Assembly: GCA_951406725.2 (NCBI GenBank)
Contig: OX597830.1
Location: forward strand, 68,634,001-68,698,000
From: Octopus vulgaris
Taxonomy: Eukaryota
DNA: 64,000 bases
Direction of reading: 5' to 3'
The position numbers and the translations under genes are program-made. The notes beneath the pieces are model-generated. The model did not search any database. It worked only from the letters and a program-made list of their open reading frames with translations, and had not been told where the DNA came from. Below are positions 1 through 13,290 of this stretch, piece by piece. The stretch's first letter is position 1; each line of letters begins with the position of its first letter.

Positions 1-1250
1 AATAACAACAGTTAGATTGCAGATAATGGAAGACTACTGCATGTAGTAAAGCAACACGAGAAAAAGAAAATGCCTTTCTCTATAAACAAGGAGGCAACAA
101 AATACAAAACAGAAACAAACTAATCTGACACAGTGACCTCAGGTGACAACATAGCAGAAATGGTCAAAGGGACAAAAAACAACATGAAAACTGAATTACG
201 AAAGATACTCAAGAAAAAATGGAGAGAAAAATCACTTCATGACAGAGATAAGTGGACCGAAGTAAAGGCCAACAATGGCTCAAAAGCTCTGGACTTGAAA
301 ACTGAAACAGAAGGACTGATTCTTGCTGCACAAGATCAATACCTGACTACAATTATCAAAACAAAATAATGAAAAAAAGGCTTCAACACCAAATGCAGAA
401 TGTGCAACCAGCACAATGAGAAAGTTGACATCATTTTGTGATGCTCAGTCCTTGCCAAGTATGAATATATATATAGACACAACAGAGTAACCAGTTACAT
501 CCACTGGACAATATGCCAACATTACAGCATCAAAACTGACTACAGGTGGTATTAACATGTGCCAAGCAAGGCCACAATCATCTGGGATATGCTGGTTCAA
601 ACTAACAAAAAAAAAATAAAACTGAATCTCCCAGACATAATAGTCAAGGATTGGGAAAAAAACATCTGCTTACTGATAGACATTGTGGTCCCTTCTGATC
701 AAAATATTGTCAAAAATGAAGTGGAAAAGTTGTCAAAGTACAAAGACCACGAAATTGATGTATTCAAAATGTGGTGTATACCAATGATAGAATATTGGGC
801 ATGATAAAAGAAGATATGAACAAAAACTTAGAAGCTATACTTAGATCCTCAACACTACACACTGTCGAAAAAATAGCCTTGCTGGGAACAGTCCACATCC
901 GATGCAAGACACTATCAATCTAGTAATACAATCTAAACAAAACAACCCACAAATACTAGATACACTCTATACAGCATTTATCCAGTGAAATAAACCCCCA
1001 CCAGCAAGTTAAGGTACCAAACCATTCCACACTCAACACACAATACAAGCAGTAACATGACAAAAGACAGCACCACGCTTTAAAGAAAAGAAAAACTAAC
1101 AAAATAAAGTACCGGAAAGAGCTTGCACACCCCCAACAGCAGAAAAGAACACACACTACTATACAGTCCTGCAACAAGGAGGAGTAGCAGGTGATGCAAT
1201 AGAAATTTACCTCAATCTATGAAATATGGAACAATTAAATAATAATAATA
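1..1250 (+). mobile_element. Decayed 3' part of an R4/Dong-type (RLE) non-LTR retrotransposon
   Basis: Fragments ETEGLILAAQDQ, a CRMC..YRH zinc knuckle and RLE-type 'IIWDM..PDIIVKD..CLLIDI..EKLSKYKD', broken by frameshifts; 3' UTR ends in a short (TAA)n tail at ~1240-1250. Confidence 0.85.
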
Positions 1251-1508
1251 AAATTTTGGGGGAAGGGATTGTTGATTACATCAACTCCAGTGTTTCACTG
1301 CTACCTAAGTTATAATAATTTTCTACAATAGAGAATTCATGCAAGAGTACCAGGCTCTAATTTTATTACTGTTTGATAATAACTCACAAAGATCATGTTG
1401 CCAACACCTTACTTAGAGGAAGAGTTCTTAAGTAAAAGTTTAAGATGCTATTACAGTATTATTATAATTGTTAAGATATCTAATGTCTTTTCATTTGCTT
1501 TGTTTCAG

Positions 1509-1641
1509 GAAATCCCAATTGTAAGGAAAACAACAGCACATGTCCCACTGAAATCACTACTTATAGCGCAATAATTTTGATGTGTATATATGTTTTACTA
1601 ACAAATATTTTACTTCTCAATCTATTAATTGCCATGTTTAG
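1509..1641 (+). CDS. TRPM: TRPM-family channel exon: outer pore loop and S6
   Basis: tttcag| ... |gtaag, 133 nt, phase 1-2; reads NPNCKENNSTCPTEITTYSAIILMCIYVLLTNILLLNLLIAMF(S). NILLLNLLIAMF is the TRPM S6 gate signature. Confidence 0.93.
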
Positions 1642-2149
1642 GTAAGAACTTTTATTTTACATGTGTATGAGTGTGTGTGCTAATTAAGACTTAGTATGAG
1701 GTAACATACGTTAATGGATTTCATTGTTAAATAATTGAAATGTAATCAAAATGGAAACATAAGATAAAACTTTTAACCCATATTCTTCACACACCCACCA
1801 TCCACTGCTGAACTCTCTTCCATTCTCCCTCACGTACCTATCCACACACACTGCATGCCTTCACATATTTACCATACCCACCTCCCAACTTCTCCAATTC
1901 CACTTAACAGCTCTTGCTATTTTTTGGTATCTCAAAGCATCTCCCCTCACACTCTTAAGGAACATCCCCATCTTTCCCCTCTATGCGACTTATACAACCC
2001 TCACTGTTCCCTGTGGTCAGGCCCTCTCTCTATCACCTTGACTGTCTCTCTATCTCTTTCTCTCTCCCTAACTCTTTCCTTGTCCTACCAAGGTTGCCAA
2101 GTATCTCCTTGATAGTAAGTGGGCTACTTTTGATCTAAGATGTCCCATC

Positions 2150-2515
2150 ATACTCTATTCCCTTGGTTCCACTCACACTCTCTCAGCTGAGAAGTCCTTG
2201 TCTTGCAAACTTGCAGGTGCTGGTACCACATAAAATGAACCTGTGGCGATGCCACACATAAAGCACTTGTGCCAGTTCCATGTATAAACCACCCATGCTG
2301 TTGCCACATATAAAGCACCTTTGCTGGTGCCTCGTAAGTAGCACCAAGTATTCTCTGTAGATTGGTTGTCATTAGGAAGGGCATCCAGCCATAGAAACCA
2401 TTCCAGAATAGACAACTGGAATCTGGTGCAGCTCTCTGGTTTGCCAACTCCTATCAAATTGTCCATCAATGTCAGCATGGGAAATGGACATCAAAAGATG
2501 ATGACGATGACGACA
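2150..2515 (+). mobile_element. RTE-type 3' end or RTE-tailed SINE
   Basis: Shares 'ggaagggcatccagcc..gaaac..agcatgg' and a (GAT)n tail with copies at 7590, 13060 and 14110. Confidence 0.6.
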
Positions 2516-2611
2516 TTTCTAATTGTTGTAAGAAAATCCAGAACATTACCATAAGAAAATGTTTTTAAAATATTCACCAGTTAATGTTCTGTATAAGTTT
2601 CTCTCTCCCCC

Positions 2612-2642
<31 letters not shown>

Positions 2643-3604
2643 CACCTCTAACTACATTCATAGGTACTGGATACTGATACAATGAATTCTCAGAACCAAA
2701 CTGTAGCTTTTAAATGCTTTTACTCCTGGTGTCACAAAATGTATACAAGTTGAATAAATCACAAAAGGTATTTACAAGCGAAAGGCCATGTTCAACTTCT
2801 GTGTATCATATGTCATAGCTACTCAAAGACTATTAGTTGTTGTGTACCTCATGCAAGACCTAAGGAGTTTACGTCCTTGCACACTACTGATTCCGGTGAC
2901 AAAGAGGAAGAACCAAGTCCCTGGAACTTCAAAGTTACATGCTATGCCACTTAGTGGCGAGCTATTTAGACAACTTCTGTCAGGGGAGATAACTGTGCCT
3001 GCGCCCCCTTCCTTAGACCGCGAACGGTTGAACAAAAGGAAGGTGGGCGAAATGTACGTGTGCAATGGAAAGGCACAGAAAAATGAAACATGGTAAAACA
3101 GTTGTTTGAACAATGCATGTGTACAAACACAGATGAAATATGCAGAAAGAAATGTCTGTTCTTGTAGAGAACAAAATGTATGATACACAGAATCCGAACT
3201 ATGACAGAACAAATGAAAAATACAATGCAGATGTGTACAAAAAACGAAACATTCAGCAAAGAAAGCAAAGAAAGCTTCATGGTGCTTGTGGGGTCTTTTG
3301 ATGTTACAATTTGTGTTAATGTGTGTGTTTGGGGTGGTAGTGTTGGTGAAAATAGTGCTGGTGTAGGTTGCTGGTGGTTGTGTCTGTGTTTTGCTGCTGT
3401 TGAATTGTTCTGCCTGTGTGTGCCTACCCTCTTTCATTTTGCGTTTTCTTTTTCTTTGGAGGACCATGTGCCAGTCTTCCTTCCCAACCTCAAAAGGGGT
3501 TCAGAAAACAAAACAACTCAACAAAATTCAAGAAACACAACAATTAATAACCACTTATGGAGAGCTCCAAAAACACACCCAACCAAGGCACAACAACAAC
3601 AACA

Positions 3605-4488
3605 ATAATAGTCAGTTCTTTTATTAGCCACAAGGCCTCAAATACAGTAACATTAAATGACATGATAACACATAAAAAGACAAAAGCAGGAGAATACAAT
3701 AGGTTTTACAGCATGTAAACAATAAATAACAAGTAAATTAAACAAATAGGCGCAGGAGTGGCTGTGTGGTAAGTAGCTTGCTAACCAACCACATGGTTCC
3801 GGGTTCAGTCCCACTGCGTGGCATCTTGGGCAAGTGTCTTTTGCTATAGCCCCGAGCCGACCAATGCCTTGTGAGTGGATTTGGTAGACGGAAACTGAAA
3901 GAAGCCTGTCATATATATGTATATATATATATGTATGCATGTGTGTTTGTGTGTCTGTGTTTGTCCCCCTAGCATTGCTTGACAACCGATGCTGGTGTGT
4001 TTATGTCCCCATCACTTAGTGGTTCAGCAAAAAGAGACCGATAGAATAAGTACTGGGCTTACAAAGAATAAGTCCTGGGGTCGATTTGCTCGACTAAAGG
4101 CGGTGCTCTAGCATGGCCGCAGTCAAATGACTGACACAAGTAAAAGAAGAAAGAAGAAGAAATTAAAACTCCCAATAGGGCAGGTGCTTTAAAGTCATCG
4201 TGGAAAACCCCACAAAACCCACAGCTGACTGATCAACAGGGAAAGAGCCCTTCTCATTTAATTCCCTTTTTTTACAGGTCCACGCTCACAATTGGTCCTT
4301 TCACACTGGCCATTCTTTCAACATTCACCCACCTTTCAGCAAACTTGCTAGAAGACAACACTTCCCTCTTCACCCTCAACTTTTTTTTCAAGTGAAACTT
4401 GAAAAAGTTGATGAGGGCTTGGCCTAAGAGGAAAGTGGCTATCTTAAGCCCTTTCAAACGTGTCCACCATACTACCTCTTTTGCTACA
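3605..4488 (-). mobile_element. Tx1/L1-like LINE 3' end, interrupted by a SINE
   Basis: Minus ORF GQALINFFKFHLKKKLRV..ERWVN matches the + copy at 5193-5486; its 3' UTR mirrors 5490-5715. Confidence 0.75.
3748..4160 (+). mobile_element. tRNA-derived SINE (family B), full length
   Basis: A-box-like tggctgtgtggt, B-box-like ggttcagtccc, internal microsatellite, tail 'agcatggccgcagtcaaatgactgacacaagtaaaagaagaa'; partial copies occur elsewhere in the window. Confidence 0.85.
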
Positions 4489-5720
4489 GCGGGTCCTCCT
4501 CAGCACCTGGAGAGGCAAGTTCATGCTGTCCAACAGCATCGTGGGGTGATGGACAGGCAGTCCTGTTAAATTGCTCAGAGTCTAGTTTGGTCCAGACCTC
4601 CAGGTGAAGAAAAACTGGGACAAGGTGACAAGCAGGGTAGCCAGTCTCACTCCAGTATTTCCTTGATAGTGAACAGATATGGTTGCCATTTGTAAGACTC
4701 ACTTTTCCCTAGCTCATCTCTTTGATAGAGCTGGAAACCTGGTTTAGGCATAGACCAAGGAAGGGTGGTTGGCATGTTGAGTGCCATCAAGCACTCACAG
4801 CTCTCAACCAAGTGGGCAATGTGGTTGGTGGTAGTTCCACTCTAGCATTCTTTAGAGGGTTAGTGGAGTGAAAGTGTGACAACATTCTCGGAGAAACTCT
4901 AGGTGTCGATAAGGATCAACTAGCCAGTCTGTTTTGAAGAACTTTTGGGCCTGAGCCTAGGAATAACTTCCAGAAATCTCTCGCCTGGCAGTATTACCGA
5001 GGGGCACTGCCTGTCCAGGATAAATTTCACAGACATGGAAGTGCCACCAGCCGGGCCTGCCCAAGGTGCGCCCAGAGTGATAAAACTGTTCTGCATGCCA
5101 TTGTCCAGTGTTCGAGTATTGCTGACCTGTGGGTTTATGTCAAACACCTGTTCTCACATGCAGGACAGTTCCAGCTATCAGCTGAATCCATAGTGAAGAT
5201 TGCCCCACCACCCTCCTTTGGCTGTGAGGGGCAACAAGTTTTTATTTGTCTGGTGGCTGTAGCAAAAGAGGTATTATGGTGGACTCGTCTGAAAGGGCTA
5301 AAGTCAGACACTTTCCTCTTTGGCCAAGCCCTCACAAACTTCTTCAAGTTTCACTTGAAGAGGAAAGAGAGAGTGGAGAGTGAAGTGTTGTCTTCTAGCA
5401 ATTTTATTGAAAGGTGGGTGAATGGAAGAATTGCCAGTGTGAAAGTACCAATTCTGAACATACACCTACAAAAAAGGAAATTATAGGAGAAGGGCTCTAC
5501 CTTGTTGATCAGGCACCTGTGAGTTTTGTGGGGTTTTCCATGATGATCTTAAAGCGCCTCCCCCAACTTCAATTTTTCATTGCTTTTTTATCATGTTTAT
5601 TTGATTCAAAAATCCATTGTATCGTCTTGTGTGGTCGTTTATGTTTGTATCATGTAATTTTATGTATCTTTACATTAGCCTTTGTGGCCAATAAAAGAAT
5701 AAATTATTATTACTATTATT
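4489..5720 (+). mobile_element. Tx1/L1-like LINE ORF2 C-terminus and 3' UTR
   Basis: YRGALPVQDKFHRHG..CPRCAQSDKTVLHAIVQC..LW (zf-RVT-type CCHC), then AATAAA and an ATT-rich tail. Confidence 0.8.
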
Positions 5721-5727
5721 TAAATAG

Positions 5728-6912
5728 AAAGTCGGGGTAATCGCATGGACAGTAGACAAACTAAACAGCTTAGATTGAAAGACAAGGAAGTTGCTAACTA
5801 GATATGGGCCACTCCACCCAAAAAGTGACACAGATAGACTATATGTACCAAGAAAAAGAGAGGGAAGAGTACTTATTGGATGCGAACACAGTATTAGAGC
5901 AGGAGAAAACAACGTAGCATGGTATGTAAAATATGCCACAGAACCGCTATTACTAGAAGTAAGAAGGTCAGGCTTGTGTAGGATGAAAGATTGCAAAGAT
6001 AAAGCACAGTACAAGCAATTGAAAATGAATGAAACTGAAAATAGGTGGATAAAGATAAGAATGCATGGTCAATTTCATAGGGATAGTGAAAATAAGACAG
6101 ACAGAGAAAAAAGATGGCTGTGGAGGACTAAAAGTGATTTAAAACTAGAGACAGAGGCTCTAATCTGTGCTGCCCAAGAGCAAACACTAAGAACAAACTA
6201 CATAAAATACAGAATAGACAACACAGCAGAAAGTGATAAGTGCAGAATCTGTGGACAAAACGGTGAAAGTGTATGGTATATTACCAGCCAATGTACGCCA
6301 CTTGCCCAGAAGGAATATAAGAGATGCCACAATAATATAGCCAGGCTTGTCCATTGGACACTTTGCAACAAGTATGGACTTGACAAAGCAAAATATTGAT
6401 ATGACCACAAACCTGAAGGCATCGTCAAAAACAGAAATGCAAAGATACTGTGGGATTTTATGATTCAGTATGACCATGAGATTGAGAATAGGAAGCCAGA
6501 CATAGTATTAATTGAGAAAGAAAACAAACTATGCTGGATCATAGACATAGCATATCCAGCTGACAACAAGGTATGCGATAAGGAAGAATGAAATGTTGAG
6601 AGATATGACAAGTTAGCTTGGGAAGTTAAGCAGTTGTGGTCGATGAAAAAGGCAGCAGTAGTACCAATAATTGTTGGAGCCCTGGGAACAGTGTGCAAAA
6701 ATCTCAAGAAGTACGTGGAACAAATAGGGGCTGCAATAAGGGTGGAGCACTTGCAGAAAACAGCACTGCTTGGAACTGCTCGAATACTCCAGAAGGTGCT
6801 TGAAAAATAAGGGGTGTTACCTTAGTTCACTGGTAGTGTACAACTGACACTGTAGTACATATCCAGCATTAGAAGCTGTGCAAAGGCAATAATAATAGCA
6901 ATAATAATAATA
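5728..6912 (+). mobile_element. 5'-truncated R4/Dong-type RLE LINE
   Basis: LHPKSDTDRLYVPRKREGR, ETEALICAAQEQ, CRIC..C..H, ILWDF..RKPDIV..IDIAYP; starts after an ATT tract and ends in (AAT)n; same family as 24490-25735. Confidence 0.9.
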
Positions 6913-7589
6913 GGGATATTTCTTTTACTGTCTCTGTCCCTCTTTCTCACACTGCCCATCGTTGATAAATCTCTCCTAACACATAAACCTACCAGAGAAT
7001 TCAGCTCTCTTTTCAACAAGCACATTGACTTCAACTCTATCTGAAAATTTATTCTCCTCTTTGATGATATATATTTGATATTTCTAAATCTTGATACTGA
7101 CTCAAAGTAGCCAGCTCAAGGACCTCTAATGACACTCTATGTGGAAATAACTGTGTAAATAAGAATAAACCTCTTTTTTTTATATTTCTTGTAAAAGGCT
7201 GGGCCGAACGCCTTGTGGTGCTTTGACTTTTCAAATCCCACAAAAGACAACATTACCTTTCACCATTACAATGATTTATCCAGTGCTTATCCAGGGAAGT
7301 GTAACTGTAGAGAATCAGGCAAAATGCCCTGCAGTATTTATTCTAGATTTCTGTTCTCCCTGCAAAGCCTAAAATAACACAGATATCAAAACTCTGTTGG
7401 CGCAAGTTGTCAGGCTTTTCTTCTGATAAACATCAGCAGCATGGATGTATGGGTAAAATACACATGTATGGGTAACTGCTCATCTCCTACAAAAATGCTT
7501 GACTGGGTCTGGTCAAACATATAAAAATGCCTGTTCAGCCTTGATTGGCAAAGGCCCTGAAAATTTACAGAAATATTGATTGCCAGTAC

Positions 7590-7797
7590 CACCTGACTGG
7601 CCATCGTGCTGGTGGCATGTAAAAGCACCCACTACACTCTCAGAGTGGTTGGTGTTAGGAAGGGCATCCAGCTGTTGAAACTCTGCCAGATCAGATTGGA
7701 GCCTGGTGCAGCCATCTTGTTTGCCAGACCTCAGTCAAATCATCCAACCCATGTTAGCATGGAAAGCAGACGTTAAACGATGATGATGATGATGATT
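7590..7797 (+). mobile_element. RTE-type 3' end or SINE with (GAT)n tail
   Basis: 'ggtgttaggaagggcatccagctg..agcatggaaagcagacgttaaacgatgatgat'. Confidence 0.7.
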
Positions 7798-7941
7798 GAT
7801 GTGATATAAATATAGAATTAAAATATAGAAATAAAGTTAATTCATTTCTAGGTGAGTGATAATAAAATTGATCTGACTTTATTGAAATCTCAATAAGAAA
7901 ATTAGTTGTACTCCATAATATTTTCTGTTTTCCCTTTTCAG

Positions 7942-8132
7942 TTTTACTTATAAAAAAGTTCAGACGAAAAGTCATTTCCACTGGTCACTCCAAAGATATG
8001 TCATTATCAATGAGTTTTCTATCCGCCCTCCTTTGCCTCCTCCATTTGTAATACTCAGTAACATCTACCAATTTTGTCGTTATCTGTATCAAAAGACAAA
8101 ACGTGAGAAGCCTAAAATAAAACACGTATTTT
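7942..8132 (+). CDS. TRPM: TRPM exon: TRP box and proline-rich helix
   Basis: ttttcag| phase 2, joining the previous exon as AG|T = Ser; FTYKKVQTKSHFHWSLQRYVIINEFSIRPPLPPPFVILSNI...KHVF; donor gtaaat at 8133, with an alternative same-phase gtgag at 8103. Confidence 0.92.
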
Positions 8133-8559
8133 GTAAATATCTTTTTCTTTGTTTTATTTCTATTATTTGTGATTTTCCAAATTTGTACTTCTGCCTATTA
8201 TTGGATACAGTTTTTACTGTTAGAGATATTTTGTATCACTATACTACATAACTGAGGTGTCTGCAAGAAATCTGTTTGTTAGTCACTAACAGCAGGGGTA
8301 TATGCCATAACAAAGGATCCTCTAAAACTTTACCCAGTTATTACTGCTATAATCCATAGCCACAACAGCCTAATTATCTTCATAACCACTACACTTTATT
8401 CACTGCATTGCCTCTATAACTCTTTGTGTTACCATTATGCTTCATAAACTCTTATATATGCAACTTCATTCCACAGCCACTACATTGTTACCTGTTTGTT
8501 AGAACTAAACCCTCTAGCAACTACATTATGATATATGTACTACCAATCTGTTGATTGCT

Positions 8560-9540
8560 TGAGACCTCAACTTCCAATGGTGACGTAGAGGTACTTTAGG
8601 ACTTACTGTCCACCAAACTTTTCTATCTGATGTGGTTTTGTACCAGAGCTAAGGTCCATTTCTTCATGTTGTGTGTCCATCATTCATTCCTTCTATATCT
8701 CCCTCCCCCCATTGGTCCTTGAAGAACAAGATTCAGTGATCTTTACAAAGCTACTGGGTCTCAGTGCATGACCTTAATATTCCAGCTTTCTTTTCTTTCT
8801 TCTTTAAGTCAACTACTTCACCTTCCTTCTTACCAGATCTTCAGTTTTGTCAGCAAATAGGTTTTTCATGCTCCTCCCTCAAATGTTGACTGTGTTCATA
8901 TGGTTTTGTTCATACAGGTATTGGTCATAACATGCTCCAACATGTTAAAAAGATGGGATGAGAGAAGACAAAGTTGATGGATACCTATGGTGTTGTACAG
9001 AATGAACAAACTTCTGCCTCATGTGGAATTCAAAGAGCATCATGCCAAACTATAATTTTTTTTCTTAACATTTTAGAAAATTTGGCCTAAGTTTCTTTAA
9101 TACCACAAAGTGTTTCTTGCAGAGGATGAACATGTCAAACATCTGCTCAGTAGTTTTTCTAGATTTATGGAAGTTTACTTATTCTACAGCTACGATGTTT
9201 CCTGTCTCAAGCATGAGTCTGTTCAAGGTTGTTCTGAACATAAACTTGTTTGTTTGACTGAGCTTACACATGCTGTGATTATTCTGACATGGTTGGAGAT
9301 TAGGAAAGAGTATGATCAGAAATTGAGATGAGGGTGTCAGTCAATCCCTTGTCTGTCAGATCTTATTACAGAGGGGTATTGTGACCTCTCCTTCATGTTT
9401 CAACAGTTCAGCAGGGATATTGCCAACACCTACTGACTTTTCATCTTCCACTCATCTTATTGCAACTTTAACTTTTTCTCACATGATTAGGGAATCATTC
9501 TCATTGGAAGAGTCCATTACTTTCAGCATACTTGGACTCG
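8560..9540 (-). mobile_element. Heavily decayed RTE-clade LINE RT fragment
   Basis: Minus translation GVGNIPAELLKHEGE..LCNKI..TTEQMF with many stops. Confidence 0.6.
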
Positions 9541-9658
9541 TCAGATCTGAATATTGTACATAACAATGATACACCAATTCCACTAAAATATCTATGTTAT
9601 TTTTCGTTTTTGGATTTGGTTTGTAAGATTCTTTATATGAGTTTGTGTGTTGAAGCAT

Positions 9659-10836
9659 ATTCTGTTGTGTCTGGGGAGAGTCATTTTCTTTTTGTGCCTT
9701 ATAATGTAACACACTCACCAGTAAAATTTCCACTTATTTCTTATTTTTATTTTCCTAAAATTTTCGTTGTGTCTTTCAACCTTTTCAATAGTTTTGACTC
9801 TGTCCATTATTTACACTGCGTTCCTTTTTGTTTGTTTGTGTGCATGTGTGTGGGTCAGTGTGTGTGTGTGTGCCTATGCATGCATGCATGTACATATGTA
9901 TGTGTGTATGTATGTATGCTTGTGTATGTATGTATATATGTGTGTGTGTGCATCTGTATGTATGTATCCTGTATATTCATGTGCTTGCATGTCTGTGTTT
10001 CATTTATAAATGAAACCTCCCCAATACTAAATAGGAAATATACATAGTAGATATAATACCTCCATACCCACAGTTTACACATGTAGAGTAGAATAGTTAG
10101 TGGACTGTTATGTAGATTTATGTAGATAGATGTATGTGTGTGTGTGTGTGTATGCACACGTATTAATTTTTTTTTTTTATGTAAGCATATGGATATGAAA
10201 GTAAAGAGATCGACATACAGACGGATAGGTACATAGGTTATAAGAACAGACAAGCACACATACGCAAATGGAGACTGACACACAGGACCATATATACACA
10301 CACACTTTACTCCACACAAGGATACATATGGAGACACGGATCCACACTTATAGAGATGCACATCCATCCATACATACAAACATGGTACATAGTTGCATAA
10401 CACACACACACACACACACACACATGCACACAAGGAGACAGAGGTGCATACATATACAAACACATGCTCACACACACACATACATAGAAAATACACAAAC
10501 ATGGACATGCAAGCACATGAATATACAGGATACATACATACAGATGCACACACACACACACATATACATACATACACATGCATACATACATACACACATA
10601 CATTCGTACATGCATGCATGCATATGCACACACACACACATTGACCCACACACATGCGCACAAACAAACAAAAGGGAACGCAGTGTAAATAACAGAGTCA
10701 AGACTATTGAAAAGGTTGCAAGACGCAACAAAAGTTTTAGGAAAATAGAAATGAGAAATAAGTGGAAATTTTACCATTGAGTGTGTTACATTATAAGGAC
10801 AAAAAAGAAAATGACTCTCCCCAGACACAACAGAAT
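9659..10836. repeat. Long inverted repeat with ~340-bp arms (9659-10000 and 10497-10836)
   Basis: attctgttgtgtctggggagagtcattttc... is the reverse complement of ...gaaaatgactctccccagacacaacagaat; the arms match through unique and microsatellite sequence. Confidence 0.9.
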
Positions 10837-11691
10837 CCATGTCATTGCTATACTTCATAAACACACAACAACATTTTTCTGGTTTCATGTCTTCAAGATC
10901 AATCCAGCCTTTTCTTGTACTTAATGGATTATTACTACACTTCATAGCAAATGCAAATTTTTCTTAGCACTGCATTCAATATCCAGTACGACATAATCTC
11001 TTTTTAAAACTATGTCCTAGTTACCACAACCTTATCTATGTTTTAACTCCACAGCAATTGTATGTATATATTTGCATTACCTCTACATTATATGGCCACT
11101 GCATTGTCTACAGGTTACGATTACACTCCATTGCTGCTACAACTTTCTGTTACTATTAAACTCTACAGCCTCGACATTATGCACATAACAGCACTTACAT
11201 AATGTAATCCAATGCAACGTTTTCTCTAGATGTACACTGCAGTCTATAACCACTAACTTTTTATAAGTGTACTCCATTGTACTTCATTACTACAATGATT
11301 GTTACATCAAAATTATCTAACCAAACAGCATTTACTATTTAACTCTGTAGCATCTCCAACATTATCTCATAGACCTTATAACTACGTCTGCAGTATTTCC
11401 ATATTGCCACTACCTTTCAAAGCTACTACAATTTCATCTCCATGTTATCATTATACTTTATCATCACTAGAGCTTTATATAACCATTACCAGTGTACTCT
11501 ACAGCCACTGCAGTTTTATCTTTCTTTCACTGCTACACTTCATAATCTCTTGTAGAACATTATGAGTTGCAACTACACTCCTTAAACATTACAACCTTGT
11601 GTGTTTATCTTGACACTCTGTAACCACTACAACTTATCTAGAATAACTTTTTATTTCAATAATTAATTGCTGCTATAACTTTCTTCCACAG

Positions 11692-11800
11692 CACGTGAAT
11701 ATCGCTCTGATTATGCAAGCAAATTACGTAAGTGGGAGCGTAAGATGGTTCAGTCTTACCTCTCAAGGCAGCATAAACCTGACAGTAATGACAAGGATTT
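11692..11800 (+). CDS. TRPM: TRPM exon: rib helix region
   Basis: ttcttccacag| ... |gtaagt, 109 nt, phase 1-2; REYRSDYASKLRKWERKMVQSYLSRQHKPDSNDKD, with the TRPM 'LxxWE...Y' pattern. Confidence 0.88.
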
Positions 11801-12741
11801 GTAAGTGATTTCATTTTCAAATTTATATGCATTAAGCTGATGTTCTGACACTAGCAAAACAATTTTCTCAAGAAAAAAATAATAAGGGTAGGATGTAGTT
11901 GACCAAATACACTTGAGAGCATAGTATACATTTCATTTGTTCTGACTGGTTAATGACAAAGTTGATTCTAACGGAATTAAAACTTCAAGTCGAGAATAGA
12001 ACAAAATGGCAATGACCTGAGAGAGTTTCAAGTATCCTTGTTTACTACCTTACAAACATGAAACTTGATTCAACTTTATAACAGCTCATGAGATAATAAC
12101 TGACATCTTTGTCTCAATAAAGGCATTAAAACTTATCTGTTTATTTTCAAGGCTTCATTTATTCTTATTGGGTCTACTTTACTTTGTTACCCATAGAACT
12201 GTATGAAAAAATGTTATGTCTGAATTCCAAAGAAAGATATCAAGCCAACTCTACAAGTTTGAATTTCCTTTATTGCATTCTCCTATTTATTGTTAGGAGG
12301 ATTGATCAGTTAAGTGTTTTAACCTTGAACTCATACAACACCAGTGACAAACTACAAACACTTAACCATTAGTTCTATTTGTACTATATCCTATTAACTT
12401 GCAACTTTGTCCTTTTCCTCAAATAACTTTTTCAGTGGTTAGAAATTGACAATAATATTCTTCAATTGTGAATATTTTGTCTGATCTCAGTATAATTATT
12501 TACACTGACAAACAATAAAAGGAAAATGTCAATTAATTTAACAGGAAGGATTTGAGTTTTGCTTATAGCTTCATATTGGTTTTTAATTTTGTGACATAAA
12601 ATATTTTCTTGAGTGAAATCATCAGTTGAAAACAGTAACTGATATGCTATGCGTCATCATCATCATCACTGTTTAATGTCCACCTTCCATACTGGCATGG
12701 GTGGAACTAATGATAGGAATACTCCATCATTAAGTATGTTT

Positions 12742-12972
12742 ATTTCTTTATTGCCCACAGGGGGCTAAACATAGAGGGGGTAAACAAGGACAGACAAAGG
12801 GATTAAGTCGATTACATCGACCCCAGTGCATAACTGGTACTTATTTAACTGACCCCGAAAGGAAGAAAGGCAAAGTTGACTTTGGTGGAATTTGAACTCA
12901 GAACTTAATGGCAGACAAAATACCTTTAAGCATTTCGCCTGGTGTGCTAACGATTCTGCCAGCTCACCACCC
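12742..12972 (-). mobile_element. SINE family A
   Basis: Reverse complement of the 'gagctggcagaa..gagttcaaatt..ctttgcctttc.tcctttcggggtc' unit seen at 18677, 24270, 26405, 46533 and 63050. Confidence 0.85.
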
Positions 12973-13059
12973 TCCATCATTAAATATATTGAGCACAAAA
13001 CTGATTTATTGTGAACCACTCTACAAGTAAAAATGGACAAACACTATTGGACAATGTTG

Positions 13060-13290
13060 AACATCATCATCATCATCAGTAGCAGCATTTAACATGTTTT
13101 CTTTACAGGCTTGGGTTGAACAGTTTGACAGGATCCCATGAGCTGTAGGGCTGTACCAAGCTCCACTGTCAGCTTTGGCATGGTTTCCATTCCTTGATGC
13201 CTTTCCTAATGCCAACCACTTTACAGTGTGTACCAGATGCTTCTTTCATGCCTCCAGCATTCATAAAGTCACCAAGTAACTGCAACTAGG
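13060..13290 (-). mobile_element. RTE-type 3' end or SINE
   Basis: (CAT)n followed by the reverse complement of the 7590 family. Confidence 0.6.

Noticed and set aside
2700-3300. piggyBac-like Cys-rich C-terminus near 3040-3160
   Set aside because: Cys spacing needs several corrections, and I found no TIR or TTAA boundary.
2823-3467. 214-aa minus ORF as a gene
   Set aside because: Low complexity, no recognisable domain, antisense within a TRPM intron; possibly a LINE 5' remnant.
3748-3825. tRNA gene
   Set aside because: A and B boxes are present but continue into a SINE body; no complete cloverleaf.
9532-10945. Many Cys/Val/His/Thr-rich ORFs, also at 36300-36900, 37700-38000, 48100-48530 and 61830-62320
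   Set aside because: These are translations of (CA)n, (TA)n and (TACA)n microsatellites.
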